From: Octopus sinensis
Taxonomy: Eukaryota
Direction of reading: 5' to 3'
Assembly (NCBI RefSeq): GCF_006345805.1
Contig: NC_043003.1
Coordinates: 96,162,001-96,226,000, forward strand
Length of the DNA: 64,000 bases
Shown: one piece after another, positions 38,251 to 52,350 of the stretch
Layout: each line of letters begins with the position of its first letter
Numbering within the stretch: the stretch's first letter is position 1
Program-made: the position numbers and the translations under genes
Notes under the pieces: generated by a model
The model's database searches: none
What the model was told of the DNA's origin: nothing
What the model saw: the letters and a program-made list of their open reading frames with translations, nothing else

Positions 38251-39590
38251 TGATTCAGTTTTGTACTTTCATAAATAATTTAAACAAATGTAACATATTT
38301 GTTGCACCTTCATGTTCAAATATCTATCACCATTTGATTATATAAGTTAATCTGCTTTAAATCCACTTAGTAATTAGGTTGGTGACTACTTAAGAAAATT
38401 CAGTACTATGTGAGTCATACATTGCTTCATTTGATCAAAACCCACAATTGAGTGGGTGCAAATGTTTAGTGACCTGTGAAGTTTTGCTTTAGTTAGAGCT
38501 ATTTTGCAAGATAATAATTACACTTACATGCGTGGTGGACAAGAATATTTATTAGCTTTGCACAATACATTATTTCATTAATTCCTGTTGATATAGATTT
38601 TCCTGTTGTTGCTTACTTCCAGGTTAATGCCGATCAAATAAACCTCTGGTTAAGGTTATTCTAGCCATGACCATCCCTTTGCACATAGTTTCGCAGTTTT
38701 TTTGGTGTAATCGAATATTAGATGTAGGCATGGGTGTGTGCTTGAGTAGTTCAATTTGGAATCTTCTGATTTGGGGTTTGGTCCCACTGTATGGATGCTG
38801 TTGACTTGTGTGTTTCTATTATAGCCAGTACTCTGTGAGTGAAATTGAAGAAGCTTGTTTTGTGTGTATGTCTGTGTGTATGCGTGCACGCACACATGTA
38901 TATGTATGTATCTATCTGAATGGTGTGCATGTATATCTTTATCTTGGTATGGTGAAAGGGTATGGCTTAGTGGTTAGAATATCTGGTTCACAATCGTAAT
39001 GCCATGAGTTCGATTCTCAGTAGTGCCTTGTGTCCTTGAGCATGACACTTTATTTCTCATTGCTCCTGTCTGCTTAGCTGGCAAAAATGTTGTACCTGTA
39101 ATTCAAAAGATCAGCTTTGTCTCTTTTTGTGTTAAACTGAATTCTTCTGAGAACTACATTAAGAGTACACGTCTGTGAAGTGCTCAACCACTTGCATATT
39201 AATTTCATGAGCCAGCTGTCCATTGACTAGATTAACTGGAACCCTCATTGTCGAAACTGACAGAGTGCTTTTTTTTTTTTTTTTTAATATATTGATATGG
39301 CAGAGGGAAACTGAAAGAAGCTCATTTTGTATATGTAGATACAAATATATACGTGTTTGTATGTCCTTGTCTTGACATCATGTTATTGTCATAAATGAGC
39401 ACCATTCATTTCCCTTCTCCAGTAGAAAACATGTCTGGTCATGGGCAACCATTACCTTGCATGGAAACAGATAAAGGTTGATATTGAGGTATTCAATTGT
39501 AATAAAAAAAACTCTACCCCAATGTAGTCATGCAATGATAATGATAAATTAAGAAAAAGATGATGGTAATATATATATATATATGTGTGT

Positions 39591-39871
39591 GGAGGCGCAA
39601 TGGCCCAGTGGTTAGGGCAGTGGACTCGCGGTTTCAATTCCCAGACCGGACGTTGTGAGTGTTTATTGAGCGAAAACACCTAAAGCTCCACGAGGCTCCG
39701 GCAGGGGGTGGTGGCGATCCCTGCTGTACTCTTTCACCAGTTTTCTCTCACTCTTTCTTCTGTTGGCCTGCTCGCTTAGCCAGCGGGGTGGCATCATTTG
39801 AAGGCTAAAACAATGCGAAGCGCATTGTGACCAGCGATGTGTAGCAACATTTGATAGTCTGGTCGGTCACG

Positions 39872-39876
<5 letters not shown>
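39591..39876 (+). mobile_element. tRNA-derived SINE family 2, tail type a (resembles octopus OR-type SINEs)
   Basis: Head ggaggcgcaatggcccagtggttagggcag, B box ggtttcaattccc, inserted in (TA)n. The family name is from memory. Confidence 0.8.
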
Positions 39877-39907
<31 letters not shown>

Positions 39908-40320
39908 TGAGTATCTGTGTGTGTGTGTGTTTCCTTGTCTTTACATCACATGTTAATTACCAACATCGTCTCCTTCAATCCAGAATAAAAAGTTGGCAGA
40001 TCGGCTTATTAGATGTATAGTAATGATATGCTAAAATTAAAACAATCTAGAACAATTATAACTGCCTCTCCTAAAAAAGACTAAAAAAAAATGTCCTTCA
40101 TAGATTGAATGGAAAAAAAAACAGAACTTTAACACTAGGGTGTTTTAAACGAGAAGGTGCATTTATCAGTTAAGGAAGGATATTTTTTATTCAATCCTGT
40201 CAGTGCACCTAGTTTAAGAGCTCTATTAATTAATAATGACTTCATGAAATAATTACCGTAAACATTTGAGGTTAATAATAATAATAATAATCGTAATAGT
40301 AGTAGTAGTAGTAGTAGTAG

Positions 40321-40676
40321 CATACCAAATCACAGAAAGAGTTACTGAGAATGGAAATTTCAAAAATCCTGTGGCATGAACTGATTCAGAATGACCATCA
40401 GATTAAACATAAAAAACTTGACATTATTGTAATGAACAGAAAAGAAAAAAAAATCATGCCTGATAATTGATATGATATGATGAATTGAAGTAGGAAATAT
40501 GCAGGTTGTGGGCAATGAAGAAGGTGGACATCATACCAAAAGTGGTTGGTGCCTTTGGAAGTATCACTGCTCAACTACCAACACGGCTCCAAAAGTTTGG
40601 AACAAATATGAAGATAGAACATCTACAAAATCATCATTGCTTGGAACTGCAAGAGTCCTCCACAAGGTTCTTGATA
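40321..40676 (+). mobile_element. R4/Dong-like non-LTR retrotransposon 3' fragment
   Basis: Degenerate ERVTENGNF/KILW..IQNDHQIKHKKLDII..CLIID..IIP.VVGAFG..LQKSSLLGTARVLHKVL, adjacent to (TAA)n/(TAG)n. Confidence 0.7.
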
Positions 40677-40810
40677 TAAAAATTCTTTTTTGACATTCTC
40701 TTCCAGTTAGATTAGTTTCATCAACTTTCAAAATATATTTGAAGGAATTGAAACAATTTTCCCACTGTTTTAGCTAATTACAGCACAAATTCTCGTATAT
40801 ATATATATAT

Positions 40811-41166
40811 AGGCGCAGGAGTGGCTTTGTGGTAAGTAGCTTGCTAACCAACCACATGGTTCCGAGTTCAGTCCCACTGCGTGGCATCTTGGGCAAGTGT
40901 CTTCTGCTATAGCCCCAGGCCCACCAATGCCTTGTGAGTGGATTTGGTAGACGGAAACTGAAAGAAGCCTGTCGTATATATGTATATATATATGTATGTG
41001 TGTGTTTGTGTGTCTGTGTTTGTCCCCGTCACTTAGCGGTTCGGCAAAAGAGACCGATAGAATAAGTACTGGGCTTACAAAGAATAAGTCCCGGGGTCGA
41101 TTTGCTCGACTAAAGGCGGTGCTCCAGCATGGCCGCAGTCAAATGACTGGAACAAGTAAAAAGAGA
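40811..41166 (+). mobile_element. tRNA-derived SINE family 1, young copy
   Basis: Nearly identical to 24313-24715, with an internal deletion. Confidence 0.88.
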
Positions 41167-41250
41167 ATAGGTAAAGTAAATATAAGAGATACTATGCCTC
41201 TTGCAGAAACTGCAAGAACTACTAAGAGAACTACTATATATACATATATA

Positions 41251-41632
41251 TGGAAGCACTCCGTCGGTTACGACGACGAGGGTTCCGGTTGATCCGAATC
41301 AACGGAACAGCCTGCTCGTGAAATTAGCGTGTAAGTGGCTGAGCACTCCACAGACACGTGTACCCTTAACGTAGTTCTTGGGGATATTCAGCGTGACACA
41401 GAGAGTGACAAGGCCGGCCCTTTGAAATACAGATACAACAGAAGCAAGAAGTAAGAGTGAGAGAAAGTTGTGGTGAAAGAGTACAGCAGGGATCACCACC
41501 ATCCCTGCCGGAGCCTCGTGGAGCTTTAGGTGTTTTCGCTCAATAAACACTAACAACGCCCGGTCTGGGAATCAAAACCGCGATCCTATGACCGCGAGTC
41601 CGCTGCCCTAACCACTGGGCCATTGCGCCTCC
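41251..41632 (-). mobile_element. tRNA-derived SINE family 2, tail type b
   Basis: Head shared with the 39591 copy (inverted) but a different 3' half. CpG-rich. Confidence 0.82.
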
Positions 41633-41738
41633 ACACACACATATATATATATATACACACACACACACATATACTCTCATAGCCTCACACATATAATATT
41701 TATGTGTATTCATATATATATATATATATATATATATA

Positions 41739-42280
41739 CTAGCAGCTAAGCCTGGTTTCACCCAGTTGATTTGGATGATGTGGCTGTAAAACCTGCTCTG
41801 TGTAAGCATTCAACTTGTTTGGGCACACTTACGTTAAAAAACAATTTTAGAATGACTTTTGTCTGTCAAAATGCTAAAAATAACTGACCAACAAAAAAAA
41901 AAACAAACAAGCAAGATTCAACCAAATCAAAAAATAAACCCAAATACTAAGTGAACAAAGATGAACCATCCCACTTCCATTGCACACGCACACCACAAAT
42001 ACACACACTCACACACACACACATTCATATACCTCCCTTTTACATACACACACATATTCACACAGAGTTGAAATGCTCACCCCTTCCTTTCTCATTCGTA
42101 AACTCAAGAGTATTATTATAGTAGATTATCTCGGTAACCATGGGAGCTATGAAAAAATACAAAGCCCAGCTTCAGCACCGGATCATTCTACACATCTGTG
42201 TAATTTTTCACACAATTCCACCCTGCCATTTGACTGTGAATCCCAAGACAAGAAAGAATCGCCCATGTCAAATTTATATG

Positions 42281-42334
<54 letters not shown>

Positions 42335-42638
42335 ATAATATATATATATATATAAATGGACTTAAACGCAGATGTTATTCAAATTCTTTTACTTCCGACA
42401 CATGTTTCAAAGATTATCTCAGTAACCATGGGAGCTATGAAAAAATATGATATTACCCCTTCCTTCCTTATTCATCTATCATCCCTTTCTTTCTTATTCA
42501 TAAACACAAGAGTATTATTATAGTAGATTATCTCGCTAACCATGTGATTTTTTGCTGCCCTGGTAACTGTTTATCTATTTTTTCTGTGTTAATTGTAAAC
42601 AAGGGAAAAATACACGCACCTATTTATATATATATAGA
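41739..42638 (-). mobile_element. Complete non-autonomous Helitron
   Basis: Minus strand A|TCTATATATATATAAA...ctgggtgaaaccagg hairpin...CTAG|T. Three internal copies of agattatctc.gtaaccatg. Confidence 0.75.
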
Positions 42639-42677
42639 TATAGTTATATTTATTTTCTACTCTTTTTCTGAATTTAG

Positions 42678-42817
42678 GTAGTCTTCAGGTCAGTAACTTT
42701 TTAATTGATCCTGGGAAAATACAGCGTACAGTTCGTGAGCAGAGAATTAACATCACTCCTTCAGCTCTTGCAGAGTTACAGAATGCATCCATTAATCTCA
42801 TGGCTTTTGTTAAAATG
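42678..42817 (+). CDS. ABCA1: ABCA1-like coding exon 5 (GSLQVSNFLIDPGKIQRTVREQRINITPSALAELQNASINLMAFVKM)
   Basis: tttttctgaatttag acceptor, GTAAGT donor at 42818, 140 nt, phase 1 to 0. Resembles ABCA1 NLKLQDFLVDNETF...LSLPKSTVDKMLRADV. Confidence 0.9.
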
Positions 42818-45800
42818 GTAAGTTTTGTAAAGTACAAAGTTACTTTAATTCTAATATCTTCTAAGTGTGAATATGTGTTCGTGTTATGGAACCAAGTAAA
42901 AGAAAAACTTTGGGAACTTTAATGATTATGTTAAAAAATACCACAAGGAGTTAAGTGGTGATTATAGAAGATATATTTGTGGCACAATGAATAATATATA
43001 TGTTGTACAATAAATAATATGTTTGTGGTACAATAGATGACATAGGATCAAGTTTCTTGGAATTCTGCATTTATTACAATAGTACAAAGTTTAGAAAATA
43101 AGCAAGCCAGTCAGCTGATTCATTTACCACTCATTTTAGCATGAGGACCTTAACTGATTTTGCACCTATAAGAATCTGATATGGCCTGATGGCTGTAAAT
43201 ACTGAATTCTTACCTGTGGAGGATTATGAGGATTATAATTACGGAACTTGGCATAAATTATGAGAGAATGTAACTCAAATGATTTAAGTTAAAGATGAGA
43301 CAGATTTGGAAGTAAAATATTTTGCTTCCAAATCTGTGTCTGTCTCAAGGAAAGTACAGAAGTTGAAAATGATGCCTGATATGTGATGGAATTTTCTAAC
43401 ATCATAAGGTGATACCTAATTAAATGCTGCTGCTGCTGCTGATGATGATGATGTTCTATCCAATCCAAACAATCATTTTTTTTTTATATTGATATGTATC
43501 TGCAGGGCTATCATTTGATGCATCTCTTCTGAGGTTTGACATTCTTCAGCAAACCATACTCAACTAGATTCATACTTTCTGGCAATAACTTTCACTTACT
43601 TTGAAATTTATGATGATAAAAGAACTAGGGTCCTGCAGATTAAGAAATATCTAATTGGACAATTACAGGCTAATGTAGTTAATTAGGAAAATATGAAAAT
43701 GACATCCAGTCATCTTTTGATACAGAACTTGTATTTTTTTACAATGAAGACTTATTTAATGACGAACTTTATTCTACAAAAATGAGCTAAAAATACTTTG
43801 GAGTCTTTAATGCATTCAAATGATAATAATAGCTTGCATACATTTGATTTTAATAATCATATTTCTGTAGACATGTGTTTTTGACAACTGTTATTTAACT
43901 CATGAAAACAGAAACGTCTAAAATTACTTTATTCACATCAAATCATATTATTAAAACCCCTTTGATCCTAATGAAGCATAGGCCATCGATGACTTTTCTC
44001 CACTCTTCTTGATTTTGGGTTGTAAGGCCTTCTTCTTTCAGTTCTTAATGGTTTGAATGTCATTGGTGCCTCTGAAAATTTTTTTTTCTTGCTAGGTAGG
44101 AGGTGTTGGCCCTACTCCTACACAAACCCATTTTTACCCCTGGAAAGAAGTGGTCCATATTAATCTGGCCTCTATCCTTTGACCTGTCTGATATAAGAGA
44201 CCCTATCAAAAGCTTGTGCTGAACCTTGAAATGGACATCAAACCATATAATGGTTCAAATTTATGCTGCATTTCATTCGGGGAAATGAATTTATGCAATT
44301 AACCGAAAGTGATGTTATTTGCATATTAACTGATCAATTTTATATAGATTTGATGCTAAATGGTTTGTTGTTTAAAATTATGCAGTTAACCAAATCATGC
44401 AGGTATCTAGTTTGCAACTGAGCAGAAATGGCCGTACTTAATACAATCAAAGATTTCAATGATAATTTACCAAATTTTAGAGTCATCAGATTCATCATCA
44501 CCATTGCCTTCCACCACAACTTCATTTCCAACTATTTAAAATTTTCTCTTTTAACTAAAGTAACTGTTATAATTTTATTATTACAAACAACTTAATTCTA
44601 GTGTAAATGGTTATTGACTTAAAATAGAATGGTAGTATTTATTTCTAGGTTCTACAGAATTGCCAATTATTGAAATAGCTTTTACTCACCTCTTGTTAAC
44701 TCAAGTTTATATGAAAGAACATTAGTTTGAAAGAAGAAAAAAAGAAGAAAAAGAATAAAGCTTACTTTTTCTGTTTCATTTTAAGTCAAACTAATGTTAA
44801 ATCATTAGTATTTCAATGTAGACCTCATACATTTAGTTCAATAGATTTTCTCAATTGATTTCCCTTAAACTTGATAAATAAACATTTGGTAAATGTAGAA
44901 AACAAATCAAAAGGATTCTAGCAGAGTATTGAATTTCTCATTCCTTACCCATAAGAACCGAAAAGATTACTAAGGAGCTATTTTATTGATTTTTTTTTAG
45001 TGGGTTGAGGATACTTAAGCAGTTTTATAGAACCTCTTGTCTTGTTAGTTATTGGACTGCTTAAGCTGGCAGAAAACACTGATATTTTTCCTATGGCTCA
45101 AGTTACTTCCTGTCAAAAGTAGTCAATAAGATCCCTGTTAAAGCCATAGATTTTGCAAATAAGATTAAGACGTGTCAAGTTCAATACATTGAAGACCATA
45201 TGGTGGCTTTCCCCCTTTTATGTGAAATCATGAAAACTTTCCATTTAACATGAAAACTAATCTTCTTTTCACATTTGTATCAATAAATGCTGATACTTTC
45301 TTCATAAATTTGATGAAAACGAATGTCATATATCACTTAGTTTATGAAGTGATATCAACAGTAATAATTATGTTTTCTTCATATATATGATTAAAACAAA
45401 TGTTTTATATCACAGAACTTATTAAAATATGTTTTATATGACTGTGCATATGTAATAATATCAAGAATAAATATGCTTTCTTCATATATTCTGATTAAAA
45501 CAAGTGTTGTACACAGATATCTCAAAAGTGAGTGGCCACTTTATTTTTTATTTTATAGGGTTTATTAGTTTCAAATTTGGCACAAGGCCAGCAGTTTTGG
45601 GGAGGAACCAAATTGATCCCAGTGCTCAACTGGTACTTATTTTGTTGACCCCGATAGGATGAAAAGCAAAGTCAACCTCAGTGGAATTTGAACCCAGAAT
45701 ATAAGGACAAATGGAATTCTGCTTAGCATTTCACCCAGCATGCTAACAATTCAGCCAGCTCACCACCTAATTTAAAGATTTATATTGAGAAGCAATAATG

Positions 45801-48288
45801 ACATTTGATGCATTTAAATACCTAATGTAGTATTTAGTAGACATATCTTGTGCTGTTTTCAATGGCATCGTTTGGGCATTCTACTAATGAATAGTGTCCA
45901 AAAAGGTGAAAACATTATAATGAGAGGTGTCTATTTACTTTTGAGGTGTCTTTATATCACTGAGCTTATGAAATATGTATTAAAACATAGTTTGCATCAC
46001 TGAGCTTGTGAAATATCAACAACAATTATATTTTTGCCATATATCTGCTTAGAACATGTTTTATATCACTGTGCATATATGAAATAATATCAACAATAAT
46101 TATTTGGATCAATAAAAGATCAGTGTTATTTTTTTCCTTTTGTAATTCCAAATTGATAAAAAAGAAACTATTAAAACAAATGTTTTCATAAACTAAAGCT
46201 GAAATTAAAACTTATCTTAGAATTCAGTGAAGACTGGTGTTCAAATATGAATCAATGAATAGTTCTAGTTTTGTTTGATTTTAGATTTCAGTTGTAATAT
46301 TTATTTAGTCTTTTCTTTCTGTTTTCAAACTTACCAATTTATAATTTCCAAAGTAACTGATAAAAAAAAGACTAAAATTTCTCACCTCATGAAATTTAAA
46401 TTTTCAAGAACGTTAGACAATATTTAGGAAAGACAAGCTATTGCATATTTTTTGCTGAAATAGTCTTATTAGCAAAATAACATGTATCTATAACGATATA
46501 ACTGAATAATAACAGTATTCTTTCCAATGTACAAGGAATAATAAATGTTTCTTATTATGGAGTTGGGAGTAATTAACTTTTCAGAATAAGAATAGCAAGA
46601 TAAAAGCTATAATTAAAGTATTGCAGTTTAATTATTATCATTGCAATTAGTATGCTCATAAAACATAATGTTTGTATGTGGAAAATATTAATAGAGTTAT
46701 GAAAAAGAAATATTGTAAAAAAAAAAAAAAATCTCAGCTTTCAAGTTCATTAATGCAATACTGAAGATAATTGCACACAGAGGATAGTGGATCAATTCAG
46801 ACTGTGGCAAAGTGAGCCTAAAATGAGCATAATTCAATGGAATAAAACTGAACATTACTTATGATATGGAGCCAATTATCTGTGGTGATGCTTATATTTT
46901 GGCAAATGGAATCAGAAACTCAGTTTTATTTGTCTGTTAGTATCTGCTTATTGCACTGATTCCCACTGGAACAGCATTAATGTTACATTTTATAGTTTAT
47001 AATAAAGCAACACAAAGCAATTGTATTTTCCCAAAAGTAAGTTTTCAGATTTGGTGCATGAAGTTAAAAGTTGTTTAGTGGAAAAAAAAAAGAAAAAGTA
47101 TAGAATAAAATAGATAAATGATAATAAATAGTGAAAGCTTCACCAACATGAAACAGTGACTAATCCAATTGCAAAAGTTATCTTCTCTTGTAACTCTAAG
47201 ACTTAATTTCTAATGTAGGGTCAGTATTGGTTATACATCTGCATATGATGTGTAGGCCTGTGTAAGATTTTTTGAGGAAGATAAGTAGTTGCCAATGCAT
47301 GCAAGTCTCCCCTCTCCACATCACCCATGTTTATTCATAAGAAAGGCCACCAACTTGGACCAATATAGTTTGGCACCAGAGTCATTGAAGGTGTTGCAGT
47401 CAGAATGCAAAGAACTGGAGCAGATACTGACGAGCATCTCACCTGACCCTTTAACAGTTCTGTCAATTTGCCACTGTAGATTGATAGTATTATTTCTTTT
47501 ATTGAGCCTGAAAAGATGAAAGGCATAGTTGATCTTGACAAGATTTGAACTCAAGATGCAGTGAATTAGAACAAGTGCCACACATGTTCTTCCAATACCA
47601 TAAAACTCTGCATGTTTGCTGCCTTCAATTTCTACTAAAGACAATGTTTGTTAATTACTTCATAACCAGAAAGTGTGCCAAGAACTGTAGAGAGAAGTAA
47701 ACTCCTAGCAAGTTAAGTCTCACTGAAATTTGATTCCCAGTAGTAACTATGTTAGTAATATCACTGAGAAAGGCATAACAGTGCCTTATTCTTCACAAAT
47801 TTAAGACCTTTACCTGAATGTACATCTATCCATCCTCTCCATCCACTATTCTTGGGAGGGTTGTGGGAGTAGAGTCCTCAAGCTCTTCGTCCATAGGGTT
47901 CTATGAGAAGCAACCATCAGTAGACTTTCTGGTTGAATTTTCAAGCATGACTAACTGAGACTGGTTATTATCCAACACCTTGTTCTTAGTCTACTCCTAG
48001 GTCTCCTTCCAGTTGTGATTCTAACCCAAAGTTTCCATCATAAAAATAAAATCCAGTTGTCTAGTTAATAAATTAAGAATTGTTCAACAATTTAACATAT
48101 AAGACAAGAAATAAAAGTGCAAGTGAAAGGTTTAAGGAAAAATTCCACTACAAATGATCAGAAATTATTTAATGAATTACTGAGCCATCTATGAATGTGC
48201 ATACCTGCAGAAACTTGACTCTAGAATGCTGTATGTTTTTAAAGAGGACCAAATAAGTATTTTTTTGTTTTTTTTTCTTTGCTTGCAG

Positions 48289-48567
48289 ATTTCTGACAGA
48301 GAAGATATTGGAACAGTTAAATGGATGAATGATGTCCAGAATGTTTTGACCCAAAGGGCCGGCATTCTACAAAATCCAAGCAATGTCCAGATGATTTATA
48401 ATTCCATTTGTAATGGAAGCATGTTAACAAACATATTAACTTTTCAAGATCCTTCAGCTGCAATTCAAGTTCAGAAAGAGTTATGTCAGAACCTTACTCA
48501 AAAGCAGGCATTAATGTTAGTTAAAGATTTTCAAGATAATTTCAGCTGGATATCTTTTATTGAAGAA
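48289..48567 (+). CDS. ABCA1: ABCA1-like coding exon 6 (ISDREDIG...SICNGSMLTNIL...QKELCQNLT...FSWISFIEE)
   Basis: Long T tract plus gcag acceptor, GTAAGT donor, 279 nt, phase 0 to 0. Keeps the CNGS and ELC cysteine pair of ABCA1 ECD1. Confidence 0.93.
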
Positions 48568-49311
48568 GTAAGTAAATTAAAATTAAGCCAGAAGAATTTC
48601 ATTTTCTTTTATTCATGGGGGAGAGGAAGGTCTGTGTTGATGCATGAGATTATGAGGAAAATTCAGGTGATCTTAAAATAGAATTCATAAAATGTCTAAA
48701 AACCTATGCAGTAGTAATATTATGATTAGCGTGTGCAGACTCTTGATTTCCTTTCCCTATTTTCACACAACATGATACTGATGCAAGTGAATTCCTTTAA
48801 CCCATTACTTGTCCCGAGTATCCCATGGGATATACAAGACATATTTCTCTGGTGTTCATGCATCATACATGATACACATTCCTAAATTTTTCTTTAATAA
48901 CCAGAGTAACTTGGGACTTTTGAAAAGAAAGCCTTATATTACACAGAATGTGCGAAACAAAGGCTAAGTAAAAATTGGAAAATTACATAAACATTTAAGA
49001 CAAACTTACAAAAATATTTTACATTGGCAAATGATTAAGTCACTTTCTGATATTTATCCAAAATTGCATGTTTGGAAGCTGAAGAGATATCTCTGCAAGT
49101 TAAATGGTGCGTCTTACCCATGTTACAAAAGGGCCATCAAGTACCGAATAAATTGAATGTTTGTGACAATACTTTATTTCTCTAGCATGATGCAAATAGG
49201 AACTTGATTGGTATTCTGATGCATGTACATGATTGATTTTGTATCTGTGTAAGTAATTGACGATGTGTTTGCAGTAGTGAAAAAGAAGTTTAAGTAGGAT
49301 ATCATGAAAGT

Positions 49312-50623
49312 GAATCATTCAAGAATATATTGGTTTGAGCATTAATTAGTCCAAGACTGGAATTGCTGTAGATCAAAATTTATCCATATCTCATTCTTGA
49401 AATAAAGAAAAGAAGGTCTCTGAAGAAAAATTATGAATGAAGTAGAGATGAGAATTCTGAATTGAAAAGTCTTGCAAATGAGATGTCGGTTTCTACTGAA
49501 ACTCATCTTGACATATAATTTGATGCCTATAGAATGAGCAGTACTGGGAAGCAATCCTAGAATGAAGATCCTGGTTGAAGATAATAAACCAACATAAAAA
49601 TCTAAGGACTCTGTATAATTTTGAAAGCTGAGAAAACCTTCAGATCTAAACATTATTTATTGTTCTGTTGCTATTTATGCCAGCTTGGAAAATGGATTTT
49701 CAAAAGGTGGTTTTCTCATATTTGTTGGAGACAGTAAGAACTAGATAGCTCTGATGTTTTGATCATAAAAATAGATAATGTAACAAGGGTTCATTATTAG
49801 TGACTCTTACATTCAGTGAAAAAGCTGAAGTTGGTGTCGTAGTAGCAGCTTTGGTACTGGTGATGTTGCATTTGTATACCTGAAGTACTCTGCAAATGTA
49901 ACAATTCATCATTCTTTGATATATTAAATTCATTGAACCATGTTAGTGATTGTTGATTAAAAGTTTATGTGGTTAGAATAAAAGAAATGAGTATCAACAA
50001 AGAAAGTTCACAAAATAGATCACAGTTTGTTTAACTGAAGCAGCAGCTTCCTCTGAGATTCTGAAAAACACACTACTAATTACTACTGTTAGTATTTATT
50101 CTGTTTTTAGCATCACTTTGAACAACAGTTTTGGGGACAGTGTTCGTTAGTGTTTAACTTTTAACATTCAGATTACTCTGTCCAGTGCAATGCTTATTTA
50201 TTCTCATTGTTTTGAATTTATCATGCATTATCTTATAGCTTTGAAATTTTAATGATATGATTTTGATTTTTGAAATTACACTGTAGGGTAGGTGTGAGAC
50301 ACTGGATCTGACCAGTTTGAACATAAAACAATTAGAATATATGAACCAGATATAGACAATTTAAAAATAATTAAGGATTTTAAGACTTCCCAGTACTGCT
50401 CATTCTATAGGCATCAAATTATATGTCAAGATGAGTTTCAGTAGAAATCAACATCTCATTTGCAAGACTTTTTAATTCAGAATTCTCATCTCTACTTCAT
50501 TCATAATTTTTCTTCAGAGACCTTCTTTTCTTTATTTCAAGAATGAGATATGGATAAATTTTGATCTACAGCAATTCCAGTCTTGGACTAATTAATGCTC
50601 AAACCTATATTCTTGAATGATTC
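49312..50623. repeat. ~240-bp highly identical inverted duplication (49312-49551 / 50386-50623), 834-nt spacer
   Basis: Arms are reverse complements with only a handful of differences. Confidence 0.93.
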
Positions 50624-51441
50624 CCTTTTCTGTACCTTTTACATTGAACTGTACACTGTAATATGATGCATTGCTGGAACCAAAAGATAGAACTGAAAAA
50701 CTCAGAAGAGGACACCAGCAATGCTGAAGTGTGATTTATCTCCATTTTGTTCTCACATAAGGAATGTTTAAACCAATGGCTAGAAATCTTGAAGGTATTT
50801 TATGATGACTAAGCACTGTGATGTGCCTGACCAGAAAAAGCTTCACACAAATGGTATTTAAATATCACATAGAAATGGCATATTATATACACACTTGCAT
50901 ATATATATATATATATATATATAGACATGGGTATTGCATAAAACTGCATTTTGTGGTGAGGCTCCAGTATGGGAGTTCTGGAGTTGTGCTCAGCACTGAG
51001 TCACCACTTCATTACTATTCCTCCTAGGTCTGTTGTGACTTGGAATGGTTGTACCTGTTAAACTCTCTTATATATGTTAAATAGATTTCCCTAGGGTAGA
51101 AGGAGCTCCTGTTATTTTTGACAAAGCTATGGGAAAGGCAACTCTTCTAAGAGAAAGATGCTCTGACAAAACTTGCTGTCGAAATAGTACCAGTTGTCTT
51201 GCAATGCTTGTCACTGGATTCTATTATGGCGACTGAGACACTGGCAAAAGTGTTGTACTAGTTTTCATCACTTAAATCCAATGACATAAAAATGTCCCGC
51301 TATCATTTCATTTCTTGATCTGTTTTGTATTCTATAAAGTTCTATGGTGTGAAAAGTTATATCCATGCACGAGAAAGTAAATCTGATCAAACAGGCTGAA
51401 TGTGAGATGGATATCATCTGACAAGACGAGACAGTCATCAT

Positions 51442-51498
<57 letters not shown>

Positions 51499-51741
51499 AT
51501 GTATGTATGTATGTATGTTACGTTATGATACTTCAGTCATGTAACCACATGTGCTTTTCTTGGACTATTTTTTCCTTCTCCGGGCCTTTCCTCTTTCCTC
51601 TCTCTGACAAAAAGCCATTCTTGAAACATTATACACCCACTTTTTTTCCCATCTTATACTATGTGTGAAGCTAATACATTCCATGTGTACATCCTTTTCA
51701 CTTTTGTTGTTTTGTTATTTGTTACTTTGAATTTTCGATTT

Positions 51742-52228
51742 GTATATATGTATGTGTATATATGTATGTGTATATGTGTATGTGTATATATGTATGTGTA
51801 TATATGTGTGTGTATATATGTATGTGTATATATGTATGTGTATATATGTGTGTATATATGTATGTGTATATATGTATGTGTATATATGTATGTGTATATG
51901 TGTGTGTATATATGTATGTGTATATATGTATGTGTATATATGTATGTATATATATGTATGTGTATATGTGTGTATATATGTGTGTGTGTATATATGTATG
52001 TGTATATATGTATGTGTATATATGTATGTGTATATATGTATGTGTATATATGTATGTGTATATATGTATGTGTATATATGTGTGTGTATATATGTGTGTG
52101 TATATATGTATGTGTATATATGTATGTGTATATATGTGTGTGTATATATGTGTGTGTATATATGTATGTGTATATATGTATGTGTATATATGTATGGTAT
52201 ATATGTATGTGTATATATGTGTGTGTGT
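51742..52228. repeat. TA/TG minisatellite with a 12/18-nt period
   Basis: Repeats of tatatatgtatgtg variants. Confidence 0.95.
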
Positions 52229-52350
52229 AAGTGTGTCTCTTTTTCTTCTGTGCTCTACCATCTTTAAAAATCATTATGTTTACAACAGTTTCTGTTTATT
52301 TGCTTATGAACATGATTATGTTGAATATGGTGCACAATTTTGTATTTCAG

